The notes: generated by a model not told the origin, from the letters alone. A stretch of 64,000 bases of DNA from an uncultured delta proteobacterium (GCA_963761335.1 CAVXGR010000005.1:128001-192000); one strand, 5' to 3'. Shown: positions 23,086-33,447, numbered from the stretch's first letter. A program made the numbers and translations.

Positions 23086-24505
23086 ACAACGAAGCGATCA
23101 CCGGGGCGAGGTCGACGACGCGCACCGGTGGCGTTGCCAGCTGCGGCCGGTTGACGACGAGCCAGCCGCCGGGACGGTGATTGCCGGTGCGATAGGGCGA
23201 CGATGAGACGCGGACGACGCCGACGCGCTCCGAGAATGCCGCGAAGATCGGTGCCTCCTGATCCCAGACGACCAGCAGGTCCGCGAAGACGTCGGCGCGC
23301 GGGCCGGGATAGCGGTTGCGAACCCGCACCACATCGGTTACCAGCCGGCGCCTCGTCTGTGGATGGACCAGCTGGCGCAGCTCCTCGGTGAGCTCGTCGC
23401 ACAGCCGCTCGTACTCGGCGCCGGGAGCCACCAGCCCGTACGGCTCGCGGCCTTCCACGTTGAGGCGGATGGCACCGCTGACGGCGTCGTGCGGCACCGC
23501 GAAGGCGCGGCGCTTTGCCTGCGGCGCGGCGGCCTTGCGCAGCGACGATTTCACCAGCGGCGGCAGCGCGGCTCGCAGGCGCCGCGGGGCGTGCCGCCGC
23601 GCCAGCGCCGCCGCCGCGTGCAGTCCTGTCGATCCGGAATCTTTCGGCTCCAGGCGGAGAAGGATCTCGTCGAGCAGGTCGGTGCCGCCGCCATTTGCGC
23701 CGCCCATGCCGATGAGGGAGAAGACGACGGTAACGGTCTCGGCGCCCGCCGCCTCGACGAGCTGTCCGAGGGCGCGGTCGAGCTCCAGGTAGGTCGCCCG
23801 CACCGGGTCCACACCGGACGGCAAGCGAAAATGCTCCGGGTGCAAGGGATCGTGCAGGTGCCAGGCGTGGTGCCCGGCGCAATGGGACTCGGCAAAGACC
23901 GCCATGAGCAGGTCCCAGTCCTGCTCTCCGCACCACTCCGTCAGCACACGCGTGCGAGCCTGCAGGCGGGAGGTGATCATGCGGAAGACCTCCTCGATCT
24001 CTGCGCCGCCGGCAAATGTGCGGTGACAGTCGAAGCACTGCAGCTCCGCGAATCGACGCGCAACGCTCTCGACTACGTCCACCGGACCTCCCGACGGTGT
24101 TCCGGCATCCTCCCCGTGCACCATCCAATCGGCCACCTGGCGACACCCGGACGTATCGGCGAGCGGCGACTTCGGCACGTCGAGCACGGCGACGCGATGC
24201 CCGCGAGCGGCGAGCGCCTCCCAGAACGGCGGCGCGGTCATGTGTCGACGGCGGAAAGGCAAGGTCTCGTAGGAGTTGGGCGCGGCTTGCAGGTGGTGGA
24301 ATCGACCGTGCTCTCCCGGCGGTACTCCCGTCGAGAACGTGGCCCAGTGCCCGTCGTCCCCGAGGCCGGGAAGCGGCTCGATGGCGCCGGCGCTGCCGCG
24401 CTGGCGCAGCGACTGCAACGCCGGCAGCTCTCCGGCGTTCAGCATCTGCTCGACGGTTTCGCTGTCGGCGGCATCCCAGCCGATGACGAGGCAGCGGACA
24501 GCCAT
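23085..24505 (-). CDS. Alkaline phosphatase superfamily (nucleotide pyrophosphatase/phosphodiesterase-like) protein; C-terminus runs into the corrupted block
   Basis: VIGWDAAD, WATFSTGVPPGEHG, ESHCAGHHAWH, IRLNVEGREPYG, TGNHRPGG and VVDLAP motifs. Confidence 0.85.
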
Positions 24506-24543
24506 GCCTGCCGAGGCTAGCAGAAGCGCCTCCGGAGGGGCGA

Positions 24544-24588
24544 GCCCAGAGGAACCTCGCCCAGAGGAACCTCGCCCAGAGGAACCTC
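24544..24588 (+). repeat. 15-bp tandem repeat, three copies
   Basis: GCCCAGAGGAACCTC repeated three times. Confidence 0.9.
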
Positions 24589-24606
24589 GATTGTTCCCTC
24601 GTTCCC

Positions 24607-24739
24607 CGTTCTCATCCCCGGTTCTCGTGCCGTCGTTTTCCATTGTTCTGCGAGCCACGCGAGAACCGGTCCGCCGTCGGTGACTCGCGGCTGTCAGAGC
24701 GAATGGAAAACGACGGCACGAGAACCGGGGATGAGAACG
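24607..24739. repeat. Palindromic intergenic repeat family A, copy 2
   Basis: Roughly 38-bp inverted arms (24607-24644 and 24702-24739); loop shares GGCTGTCAGAGCG with copy 1. Confidence 0.9.
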
Positions 24740-24873
24740 AAAACGGGAAGGAAGCCTGGGGTTATTGAAACTCGACCGCAACAGACTGTACTCTCTGCAG
24801 CGCGCGGATTATCGGCGGGCGCCCGCGGGCGCCGCCAATCTCGCGGCATCCGCGCCGATCGAGGAGATATCTC

Positions 24874-25932
24874 ATGCGCAGCGCCAAAGACTTCTTCAAG
24901 CCCCTGGCCATCGGTGCCCCGCAGCCGGTCCGGGAGGTTCCCTTCCGGCCGTCCCGGATGATCCATTTCTTCGATCCGAGCAATGCGAAGATGGCCGCCA
25001 AGGTGCCCGACCTCGCCAAGCAGTGCGACGTGCTTCTCGGCAACCTCGAGGACGCCATCGCCGCCGACAGGAAGATTGAGGCGCGCCGCGGGCTGGTGAA
25101 GATCGCCAGCGAGGTGGATTTCGGCGGTTGCCAGCTGTGGACGCGCGTCAACAGCCTCGACTCGCCCTGGGCCCTGGACGATCTGATCGAGCTGGTGACC
25201 CAGATCGGCGACAAGCTCGACGTCATCATGATCCCCAAGGTCGAGGGCGCCTGGGACATCCACTACGTCGATCGCCTGGTGGCGCAGCTGGAGGCGAAGG
25301 CGGGCCTGAAGAAGCCGCTGCTTCTGCACGCCATTCTGGAGACCGCCACCGGGGTCGCCAACGTCGAGGAGATCTGCGGCGCCAGCCCGCGCATGCAGGG
25401 CCTGTCCCTGGGCCCGGCCGACCTCGCCGCCTCGCGGCGCATGAAGACGACGCGCGTCGGCGGCGGCCATCCCGGCTACCTGGTGCGCGCCGATCCGGAT
25501 CCGAAGGACGAGAAGGCGCCGCGGCCGTCGGCGCAGCAGGACCTGTGGCACTACACGCTGGCGCGCATGGTGGACGCCTGCAACGCCAACGGCATCCTGC
25601 CGTACTACGGCCCCTTCGGCGACATCAAGGACACGCTCGCCTGCGAGGACCAGTTCCGCAACGCCTTCCTCATGGGATGCGTCGGCACCTGGAGCCTGCA
25701 CCCGGTGCAGATCGAGATTGCCCGCCGCGTCTTCAGCCCGCCGGCCGAGGAGGTGCTGTGGGCGAAGAAGGTCATCGCCGCCATGGGCGACGGCACCGGC
25801 GCCGTCATGATCGACGGCAAGATGCAGGACGACGCGACCTTCAAGCAGTGTCGCGTCATGGTCGATCTGGCCAAGGCGCTGGCGCAGGGGGACGCGGAGC
25901 TGACCAAGGCGTACGAGCTCGACCAGGACTGA
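24874..25932 (+). CDS. mcl: Malyl-CoA/beta-methylmalyl-CoA/citramalyl-CoA lyase (Chloroflexus type)
   Basis: [57 protein letters not shown] and [10 protein letters not shown] match recalled Chloroflexus Mcl motifs. Confidence 0.88.
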   Translation: MRSAKDFFKPLAIGAPQPVREVPFRPSRMIHFFDPSNAKMAAKVPDLAKQCDVLLGNLEDAIAADRKIEARRGLVKIASEVDFGGCQLWTRVNSLDSPWALDDLIELVTQIGDKLDVIMIPKVEGAWDIHYVDRLVAQLEAKAGLKKPLLLHAILETATGVANVEEICGASPRMQGLSLGPADLAASRRMKTTRVGGGHPGYLVRADPDPKDEKAPRPSAQQDLWHYTLARMVDACNANGILPYYGPFGDIKDTLACEDQFRNAFLMGCVGTWSLHPVQIEIARRVFSPPAEEVLWAKKVIAAMGDGTGAVMIDGKMQDDATFKQCRVMVDLAKALAQGDAELTKAYELDQD

Positions 25933-26810
25933 TGCCCGCTGAGCCCCGACTGCGCCGCTCGCTCCTCTTCGTCCCCGGTGCCGAGCCGCGCAAGCTGGAG
26001 CGGGCCCGCGAAGCGCGCGCCGACGCGCTGCTGCTCGACCTCGAAGACGCCGTCGCCCCGGCGCAGAAGGGTGAGGCGCGAGAGCACGTCGCCGCGGCGC
26101 TGCGCGACAAGCTCTTCGGCGCCACCGAGGTCGGCGTGCGCGTCAACGCTTTCGGCACCGCCGATTTCGAGGCCGACGTGCAGGCGGTGGTCGGCGCCGG
26201 CGGCCGGCTGCTGATGCTGCCCAAGTGCGAGAGCGGCGAAGGTCTCGCCGCCGCCATCGAGCAGATCGACAGGATCGCCGCGGCGGCAAACGCCGCCGGG
26301 GTCGGCGTTCTCGCCCTGGTGGAGAGCCCGGCGGGAATCACCCAGGCGATGGCGATCGGGCGCGCCGCGGCGAGCGTCGAAGGCCTCTGCTTCGGCCACG
26401 CCGACTTCTCGTTGAGCATGGGCCTCGCCGAGGCCGATGCCTCGCGCGGCATCATCTATCACGCCCGCTGCGCTCTGGTGATCGCCGCCAAGGCCTGCGG
26501 CGTGGCGCCGATCGACTGCGTGCATCTGGCAGTGAAAGACGAGGACGACTTCCGCCGCGATGCGGAGCTCGGCCTGCAGCTCGGCTTCGAGGGCAAGCTC
26601 TGCATCCACCCGCGGCAGGTGGAGATCGCCAACCAGGTCTACACGCCGAGCTCCGAGCAGATCGACTACGCGCGGCGGGTGGTCGACGCCTGGGAGGCGG
26701 CGCGCGCCGCCGGCCGCGGCGTCTTCACCGTCGACGGCAAGATGGTCGACGCGCCCCTGGTCGCCGTGCAGCGGCGCATCCTCGAGCGCGCCCGGCGTGC
26801 GGGCGTGTAA
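25932..26810 (+). CDS. CitE-family CoA-ester lyase/thioesterase
   Basis: RRSLLFVPG, DLEDAV, VRVN, GKLCIHPRQ and DGKMVDAP. Start overlaps the mcl stop (TGATG). Confidence 0.88.
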   Translation: MPAEPRLRRSLLFVPGAEPRKLERAREARADALLLDLEDAVAPAQKGEAREHVAAALRDKLFGATEVGVRVNAFGTADFEADVQAVVGAGGRLLMLPKCESGEGLAAAIEQIDRIAAAANAAGVGVLALVESPAGITQAMAIGRAAASVEGLCFGHADFSLSMGLAEADASRGIIYHARCALVIAAKACGVAPIDCVHLAVKDEDDFRRDAELGLQLGFEGKLCIHPRQVEIANQVYTPSSEQIDYARRVVDAWEAARAAGRGVFTVDGKMVDAPLVAVQRRILERARRAGV

Positions 26811-26915
26811 AGGTCCCGCCGTCTGATTTGAAATCGATTCCCGACTGGGCTATGGCCCTCGAATTGCGGGTTTCACACCGCGATATCCCACGCGAGGTGA
26901 AGAGGAACATCTGAC

Positions 26916-28115
26916 ATGCGCTTCTACGAATCCGAGGCGAAGCGGCTGCTCGGCAAGCACGGTATTCCGGTGCCGCAGAGCGCCATCGCGCCGACGGCTG
27001 CGGATGCGGAACGAGTTGCCTCCGAGCTCGGCTGTCCGGTCTTTCTGAAGGCCCAGGTGCTCTCTCCGGCGGCGCTCAAGTCCGGCGCCGCCAAGGCGGC
27101 GGAGAGCCCCGGGCAGGCGAAGGAGATCGCCGAGCAGTTCCTGAAGATCGACGACGGTGGCCGCAAGCCCAAGGGCATTCTCGTCGACAAGAAGCCCAAG
27201 GCGGCGGCCGAGTTCAGCCTGGCGTTCACCTACGACGGCACCCGCAAGCGCCCGGTGATGATCGCCGCCAGCGTCCCCGGCAACATCGAGGAGATCGCCG
27301 ACAAGCACCCCGAGCGAGTCTCCCGCCGGCACTTCTCGGCGCTCTTTCCGTTCTCGGACTATCTGGCCAAGGAGCTGGTGGCCGGCCTCGGCTTGAAGGG
27401 CTCCGATCTCACTCGCCTGAGCGGTATGGTCTCGCGCCTCGCGCAGCTGTTTCTCAAGTACGATCTCACCCAGCTCGAGGTCTCCTCGCTCGCCAAGCTC
27501 GAGGAAGGAAAGTTCATGGCGCTGCACTGCTACGCGGACATGGAGGTGGAGGGGCGCGCCCGCCAGAAGGCGATCCTCGAGGAGCTCGGCATCGCCGCGG
27601 ACGACACCCGCGCCGTGCGCGAGCCGACCCAGTTCGAGGTCGACGGCAAGACCATCGACGACGAGGACCCGCGCGGCATCGTCGGGCCGGTGGTCGAGTT
27701 CGACGGCAACATCGGCCTGGTGATCGGTGCCGGCGGCGGTTCGCTGACGCTCACCGACGCGGTGCGCAAGCACGGCGGCCGCCCGGCGAACTACGCCGCC
27801 ATCGGCGGCAACCCGAGCGTGAAGAAGGCGGAGCGGCTGACCAAGCTGGTGCTCTCCAAGCCCGGGGTCGAGAAGATCGCCGTCATGTCCAACGTCGTCT
27901 CCAACACCCGCGCCGATCTGGTCGCCCGCGGCGTCATCAAGGGCGTCATCGGCCTCGGCTTCGAGCCCAAGGACAAGATCGCCATCTTTCGCGTGCCCGG
28001 GGCATGGGAGGCGGACGCCTTCAAGATCCTGAAGAAATACGGTGTCGACTACTGTGATCGCTCCGTCTCCATCAGCGAAGCCGCGAGACGGGCGGTCGAG
28101 AAGATCGGACGCTGA
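26916..28115 (+). CDS. ADP-forming acyl-CoA ligase beta subunit (SucC/MtkA/CcsA superfamily, atypical)
   Basis: MRFYESEAKRLL..GIPVP ATP-grasp start; FDGNIGLVIGAGGGS, ANYAAIGGNP and LSKPG motifs. Confidence 0.85.
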   Translation: MRFYESEAKRLLGKHGIPVPQSAIAPTAADAERVASELGCPVFLKAQVLSPAALKSGAAKAAESPGQAKEIAEQFLKIDDGGRKPKGILVDKKPKAAAEFSLAFTYDGTRKRPVMIAASVPGNIEEIADKHPERVSRRHFSALFPFSDYLAKELVAGLGLKGSDLTRLSGMVSRLAQLFLKYDLTQLEVSSLAKLEEGKFMALHCYADMEVEGRARQKAILEELGIAADDTRAVREPTQFEVDGKTIDDEDPRGIVGPVVEFDGNIGLVIGAGGGSLTLTDAVRKHGGRPANYAAIGGNPSVKKAERLTKLVLSKPGVEKIAVMSNVVSNTRADLVARGVIKGVIGLGFEPKDKIAIFRVPGAWEADAFKILKKYGVDYCDRSVSISEAARRAVEKIGR

Positions 28116-28126
28116 GGAAGGCTGTC

Positions 28127-29041
28127 ATGGGCGTCATCGTACACAAGGATTTCAAGTTCATCGTTCAGGGAATCACCGGGCGCGAGGCTCTCAACTTCAC
28201 CCGCGAGTGTCTCGAGTACGGCTCCAAGATCGTCGGCGGGGTCACGCCCGGCAAGGGCGGCCGCGAGGTCTACGGGGTTCCCGTCTACGACACGGTTCGG
28301 GAGATCACCGCCAAGCAGCAGATCGACGGCTCGGTGATCACCGTGCCTCTCGCCTTCGCCCCCGATGCCGCCTACGAGGCGATCGACGCGGGCATCAAGG
28401 AGATCGTCATCATCACCGAAGGCATTCCCCGGCGCGACGCCGCGGCGGTGATCGAGTACGCCTCGCTGCACGGAGCCCGTGTGATCGGCCCGAACTGCCT
28501 CGGCCTCATCGTGCCCGACGTCTGCCGCTTCGGCAGCCTCGGCGGCCCCGCGGTCGACTGCCGCAAGGCCTTCAAGCCCGGCGTCGTCGGCGTCATGTCG
28601 CGCTCCGGCGGCATGACCACCGAGATCTGCAATGCCCTGTCGGCCTCCGGCCTCGGCGAGAGCACCGCCATCTCCATCGGCGGCGATCCGGTGATCGGCT
28701 CGACCTACGCTGAGCTGATGCCGCTGTTCGAGAAGGATCCCGACACCAAGGCGATCGTCATCTACTCCGAGCCCGGCGGCTCCTCGGAGGCGGAGCTGGC
28801 CCGCTGGGCCCAGCAGAACAAGAGCCGCCTGCCGATCGTCGCCTTCGTCGCCGGCCGCTTCATGGACGACATGCCGGGCATGAGCTTCGGCCACGCCGGC
28901 ACCGTCGTCGAGAAGAAGCTGGACTCGCCGGCCGACAAGATCCGCCGCATGCGCGATGCCGGCATCTCGGTCGCCGAGGAGATCGGCGACATTCCGCGTC
29001 TGGTGAAGGAGCGCCTCGACGGCGCCCGGGCGGGAGCGTAA
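28127..29041 (+). CDS. ADP-forming acyl-CoA ligase alpha subunit (SucD superfamily)
   Basis: VQGITGR, GVTPGKGG, IGPNCLG, SRSGG, IGGDP and phospho-His motif FGHAG. Confidence 0.9.
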   Translation: MGVIVHKDFKFIVQGITGREALNFTRECLEYGSKIVGGVTPGKGGREVYGVPVYDTVREITAKQQIDGSVITVPLAFAPDAAYEAIDAGIKEIVIITEGIPRRDAAAVIEYASLHGARVIGPNCLGLIVPDVCRFGSLGGPAVDCRKAFKPGVVGVMSRSGGMTTEICNALSASGLGESTAISIGGDPVIGSTYAELMPLFEKDPDTKAIVIYSEPGGSSEAELARWAQQNKSRLPIVAFVAGRFMDDMPGMSFGHAGTVVEKKLDSPADKIRRMRDAGISVAEEIGDIPRLVKERLDGARAGA

Positions 29042-29043
29042 CC

Positions 29044-29265
29044 ATGGCCATGTTCATCCGTATCGATGTCGATCAGACCGAGGTCCGCAAGACCCAGGGC
29101 CTCGCCGCCAAGCTCGTCGAGGTCTGCCCCGTGAACATCTTCGCCCTCGGCAAGGAAGCGGGCAGCGTGGCCATCGTCGACGACAACGTCGACGAGTGCA
29201 CCCTCTGCGACCTGTGCATGCAGGCCTCCCCCAAGGGCGTGAAGGTCGTCAAGCTGTACGAGTAA
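29044..29265 (+). CDS. Small ferredoxin (probably a single Fe-S cluster)
   Basis: CTLCDLC plus VCPVNIF; four Cys in total. Confidence 0.85.
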   Translation: MAMFIRIDVDQTEVRKTQGLAAKLVEVCPVNIFALGKEAGSVAIVDDNVDECTLCDLCMQASPKGVKVVKLYE

Positions 29266-29280
29266 CCGTGTCCCCGGCCT

Positions 29281-29937
29281 TCACAGGCCGTCGCCGACGA
29301 AGGTGAACAGGCGGAGGCCGGGGACAAAGGGCGCCGGCGGCGCGGCGAGGCGGTTGACCCCGACGCTGACGAGGGGCGCCTCATCGGGGACCTCGAACGC
29401 CACCTCCTCGAAGCCGCCGGCGGTGAACCAGGCGCGTATCTGCGGGGTGAGATCGGGCTCGCGGCGGTGGCGGGTCCAGATCACCGTCGCTCCTGCAGCA
29501 CAGAGCGACGGAAAGCAGTCGATCGCATGGCGGATGTCCTGATCCGAGATGTTGCCGAAGATGCCACAGGCGAGCAGGAGGTCCGCCGGCACGGCGCCGG
29601 CGGCGGCATCCGTGGTCGACGCATCGCCCGGCACCACCTCCACACTGGCGAGCCCGGCATCGGCGGCGGCCCGCCGCGCCTCGGCCGCCACCGCCGCATC
29701 GAGCTCCACCAGCCGCGCCCGCACTCCGGCGCGGCGCGGATGATCAACGAGCGCGCCGATCAGGTCGCGGCCCTGACCGGCGCACAAGCTGAGCACGCGC
29801 AGCGGTGTGCCCGGCGCCCGCGCCTCCAGCGTGGAGCGGATATGCCGCCGCACGATGCCCAGCCGCACCTGGAGAGCTGAGTTCTCCATGTCGTACATGC
29901 GGTGCCATCGCACCCAATGGGAATCCGTTTCACTCAT
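29281..29937 (-). CDS. Class I SAM-dependent methyltransferase
   Basis: VLSLCAGQGRDL motif I, LVELD, GDA and LACGIFGNI. Confidence 0.85.
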   Translation of the reverse strand: MSETDSHWVRWHRMYDMENSALQVRLGIVRRHIRSTLEARAPGTPLRVLSLCAGQGRDLIGALVDHPRRAGVRARLVELDAAVAAEARRAAADAGLASVEVVPGDASTTDAAAGAVPADLLLACGIFGNISDQDIRHAIDCFPSLCAAGATVIWTRHRREPDLTPQIRAWFTAGGFEEVAFEVPDEAPLVSVGVNRLAAPPAPFVPGLRLFTFVGDGL

Positions 29938-29999
29938 GAGACCTCCACGGCGAAGGGCTGATCGTAGCGCCGGACCCGTCTCCAGATCCAGGGGGGCAG

Positions 30000-30800
30000 G
30001 TGGGGCCGTCGTGCTCAGCGAAGCGGTGCTCGTACTCGAAGGGGGAGGGGGCGGGGCTGGCCGCGGCGCCGCGGGAAACCCGCGATCACGATTACGAGTA
30101 CGATTAAGAGAAAGAGAAAGAGAAAGAGAGAGTAGAGAAAAGAAAAAAAAGGGAAAAAGATAGAAAAAAGAGATAGAGATAAGAGAAGAGATGATAGAAA
30201 TAGAAATAGAAATAAAAAGAGAAAAAGAGAAGAGAAAAGAAGAGGCGACGCAGAATAAAAAGAGAGCACGATAAAGAGTACGATAACGCGAAAGAGCAAG
30301 AGCACGAAAAAAAAAAGAAAAAGAATAGACTACTAAGGGGAAGATGGAGAATAGAGATAGAGATAAGAGAAGAGATGATAGAAATAGTAATAATAATAGA
30401 AAGAGAAGAAGGGAGAGGAAAGAAGAAGCGACGAAGAAAAAAACGAGAGCACGATAACGAGAAAGAAAACGAGCACGAGCAAGAGCAAGAACAGACGGCT
30501 CAGGGGAAAGATGAGAATAGTGCTAGTGCTCAGCGAAGAGGTGCTAGTACTAGTAATAGTAATAGAAAGGGAGACGAGAGAAGGGGATAGAAGAGGAGAA
30601 GAAGAAAGAAAAGAGAGAAAGATAAAGAGTAAGATAAAGAGAAAGAGAAAGAGAAAGAAAAGGGAAGAGGAGAAGAATAGAAAACAAAAGGAAAGAAGGA
30701 GAAAAGAGATAGAGAGAAGAGAAGAGATGCTAATAATAGAAATAGTAATAGAAAGAAAGGAGAGATGGGATAGGAGAGGAAAAGGAGAGAATAGATAGAG
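30000..30800 (+). repeat. Tandem repeat family C array, mostly overwritten by A substitutions after about 30110
   Basis: Clean unit start GTCGTGCTCAGCGAAGCGGTGCTCGTACTCGAAG...CACGATTACGAGTACGATTA at 30008-30106; ghost copy TAGTGCTAGTGCTCAGCGAAGAGGTGCTAGTACTAGTAATAG near 30518-30560. Confidence 0.75.
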
Positions 30801-30849
30801 GAGATAAGATACGCTGTGATTAATAGGAAGAAAAATAGTATAAGTGTAG

Positions 30850-31539
30850 AAAAAGAGAGAGTTGGTTTATAGATTGATGGAGAAAAAGAAGAGATTAGAT
30901 AAGCTGCGATGCGAGGTGACCTGCTTCCAGAGATAGTACTATACCGAGAGAGAGCTGATAGTCGTCGACGACGGTGACGACGGGAAGAAGCATAAGTAGA
31001 ATCGCTACGGAAAAAAGAATACTCTAAGTAAGATAAGAACGAATAGAAATGAAGCTGGGAGAGCTGAGAAAACTAGATCTACTAAGAGAGCAAGGTAAGT
31101 AAGTCGCTAAATGGGACGATGAAGAATGGCATAAAAAAGACAGGCTAAAAGATAAGGTGAAGGCGATGGAGAAAGAGGAGGAGGAAGTCTGATTGCTGAG
31201 ACGATGGAAGATGGCTTGGATGGAGCGGAATCTGTTCTTTCTGAAAGAGAAGACTATGGGAGGGGAATATGGTGGCGCGCAGGGCAAATTGCCCGCCTAC
31301 GAGGCGGTGAGACAAGGAGAGGACTAGGTGCTGGTAGAGGAATGAGGCAAGCGTGGACAGAAGGTGTTACAGCTGGATCGGCTAGAGCTCTATCTCTACG
31401 TGGTGCACGGCGGAACACTTACCCGGTCGATCACTACGATAACAATATTTTCAACGTGCACACCGGCGAGCTGTCGCAAGAGGAAGTGGCGGACGTGTTG
31501 CAGAAGCTGGAATGGGGCAGAGAACCTCGCCGCCTGTAG
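30850..31539 (+). pseudogene. Glycosyltransferase family 2 gene corrupted by substitutions and indels (probably intact in vivo)
   Basis: Readable fragments: CFQ..Y..RELIVVDDGDDG, LGELR, WDDEEWH...RL, LYLYVVHGG and NTYPVDHY...EPRRL-TAG. Confidence 0.65.
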
Positions 31540-31540
31540 A

Positions 31541-32085
31541 GTAGAGGAGGCGTCTAGCCTCCTCGGTGGGGACGGGCAGGGGAGTCGTGCTCGCGAAGCG
31601 GTGCTCGTACTCGTATCGTACTCGAAGGGGGAGGGGGTGGGGCCCGGGTGGCGTTGCAGGAAACTCGCGATCACGATTACGAGTACGATTACGCGCACGA
31701 GCATGAGCACGAAAAGAATAGAGGAGGCGTCTCGCCCCCTCAGGGGACGGGCAGGGGAGTCGTGCTCGTGCTCAGCGAAGCGGTGCTCGTACTCGTAATC
31801 GTACTGGAAGGGGGAGGGGGAGGGGCGCGCCGCGGCGTTGCGGGAAACCCCGAGATCACGATTACGAGCACGATTACGCGCACGAGCACGAAAGGAGTGG
31901 CGGAGGCGTCTCGCCTCCTCCGGGGGGGACGGGCGGGGCCGTCGTGCTCAGCGAAGCGGTGCTCGTACTCGAAGGGGGAGGGGGCGGGGCTGGCCGCGGC
32001 GCCGCGGGAAACCCGCGATCACGATTACGAGTACGATTACGGGCACGAGCACGAAAAAGAGTACGCGTCTCGCCTCCTCGGGGAT
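31541..32085 (+). repeat. Tandem repeat family C: three units of about 170-180 bp plus the start of a fourth
   Basis: Units begin with the hairpin GGAGGCGTCTCGCCTCC near 31545, 31722, 31902 and (partial) 32065. Each contains GTGCTCGTACTCG(TAATCG)...CGATTACGAG(T/C)ACG inverted arms. Confidence 0.9.
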
Positions 32086-32101
32086 GGCGGCTACGCGGCC
32101 G

Positions 32102-33265
32102 CTACTCGCAGGCCGGCAGCTGTGCCAAGCCGCCGACGGCGGTGAAGGTCGCGTCGGGGCTGTTGCCGCTCCAGCAGTTGCCGGTGCCGGTGCCGTCCCA
32201 GACCAGGTCGGCGGCCAGCGCCGCGAGCAGCGGGTCCGACTGCGGCGCCGTGCCGTTGCCGACGAGCTCGTTGTCGGTGATGCGGTTCTGCTCCGGGTTC
32301 GGATCGACGTCGATATCCGTGCACGGCACCGAGGGGTCGGAGCAGTAGCCGGCGACGATGACGCCGGCGAAGCCGTTGTTGCGGATGCTGTTGGTGCGCA
32401 CCGCGACCATCGAGCCGCCGAGCACCACGATGCCGGTTCCCGGCGGCGTCGACTCGGTGGTGTCGCCCTCGCCGGCCGTGTTGGGGCGGTTGTTGTCGCG
32501 CACCTGGTTGTCGGCGATGACGATGTTGGTCTGGTCCTTCTTCTGCAGACCCGGCATGATGTCGGCGACCAGCCCGAGGGTGTTGTCGAACAGCTGGTTG
32601 CCGGTGGCGCTGACGTCGCTGCTGTTCTCGATCTCCATCCCCAGGATGTTGTCGTGGGCGATGTTCCCGCTCATGGTCACGTGGTCGCTCTGGCCGACGT
32701 AGATGGAGGCGTCGAGGTCGGTGTTCTGCGCCTCGTTGTCCTCGAGGCTGCCGTTGTGCGAGCGCACCGGAAAGAAGCCGTAGAGGCGATTGCCGTCGGA
32801 GAAGTTGCCGCGGATGGTGAAGCCGTCGACGCAGGCGAGATAGACGCCGAACTGATCGAAGCCGCGCACCGTGAAGCCCTGCAGCAGGAAGCCGTGGATC
32901 AGGCCGCCGTTCTCGCCGCAGGGCGGATGCTCGCCCGGGCTCTCCGCCGCGGCGATCTCGGTGCTGTCGCCCGGAGCGACGACGAAGCCGTTCTGCTGCC
33001 CGCCGGCGTTCTCGAGAACCACGGGGCTGTCCGCGGTCGACTGGGCGATGAGCTGAACATCGTCGCGGGTGACGGTGACGGCGTTGGCGCTCGCCGGCGA
33101 CTCCCGGTAGACGCCCGGCTCCACGAAGATCACCGCACCCGACGGAGCGGAGTCCACGGCCGCCTGAATCGACTCGCCCGGATGAACGACGATCGCCGAG
33201 CTCCCACCATCGTCACAGCCGCAGAGCGCGACCGTTGCCAACAGCAACACGATCCATTTCGCCAT
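32102..33265 (-). CDS. Parallel beta-helix repeat lipoprotein
   Basis: Lipobox VALCGC; PGESIQAAVD, VEPGVY; repeated Asn-rich PbH1-like repeats (IYVGQS, GMEIENS). Confidence 0.85.
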   Translation of the reverse strand: MAKWIVLLLATVALCGCDDGGSSAIVVHPGESIQAAVDSAPSGAVIFVEPGVYRESPASANAVTVTRDDVQLIAQSTADSPVVLENAGGQQNGFVVAPGDSTEIAAAESPGEHPPCGENGGLIHGFLLQGFTVRGFDQFGVYLACVDGFTIRGNFSDGNRLYGFFPVRSHNGSLEDNEAQNTDLDASIYVGQSDHVTMSGNIAHDNILGMEIENSSDVSATGNQLFDNTLGLVADIMPGLQKKDQTNIVIADNQVRDNNRPNTAGEGDTTESTPPGTGIVVLGGSMVAVRTNSIRNNGFAGVIVAGYCSDPSVPCTDIDVDPNPEQNRITDNELVGNGTAPQSDPLLAALAADLVWDGTGTGNCWSGNSPDATFTAVGGLAQLPACE

Positions 33266-33370
33266 GGGCCGCTCCATAATCCCAAGCGCCCGCACACTGC
33301 AAATCCCGCACAGTAGGTTGCCGATCAGGCGTCAGTGCCCATCTCCGTCCCGGTGTGCCCAGGCTTCGGA

Positions 33371-33447
33371 GGCCGTCTCGGAACCTGCGCAAATTGCCCC
33401 CCGCCGGCCGGCGAGCCAAGTAGAAGCGGCGTCTCGCCGCTTCTACT
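33371..33447. repeat. Family B repeat, reverse orientation, internally deleted
   Basis: AGTAGAAGCGGCGTCTCGCCGCTTCTACT at 33419-33447 with flank resembling the other copies. Confidence 0.75.

Noticed and set aside
25128..26810. 560-aa ORF as a single protein
   Set aside because: Only the part from ATG 25932 is CitE-like; the N-terminal part is an off-frame overlap of mcl.
26916..29041. Naming the ligase pair sucC/sucD or mtkA/mtkB
   Set aside because: The beta-subunit substrate-loop motifs differ from the canonical ones, so specificity cannot be assigned by eye.
30015..31287. Lys/Arg/Glu-rich ORFs, or DGR-type or deaminase hypermutation
   Set aside because: The changes run toward A (C/T to A), whereas DGRs mutate A to other bases and deaminases give C to T. 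No reverse transcriptase is present, so a consensus artefact is more parsimonious.
30000..32085. Possible CRISPR array
   Set aside because: Units are about 175 bp and similar along their whole length, with no unique spacers and no cas genes; this fits a REP/BIME-like tandem repeat.
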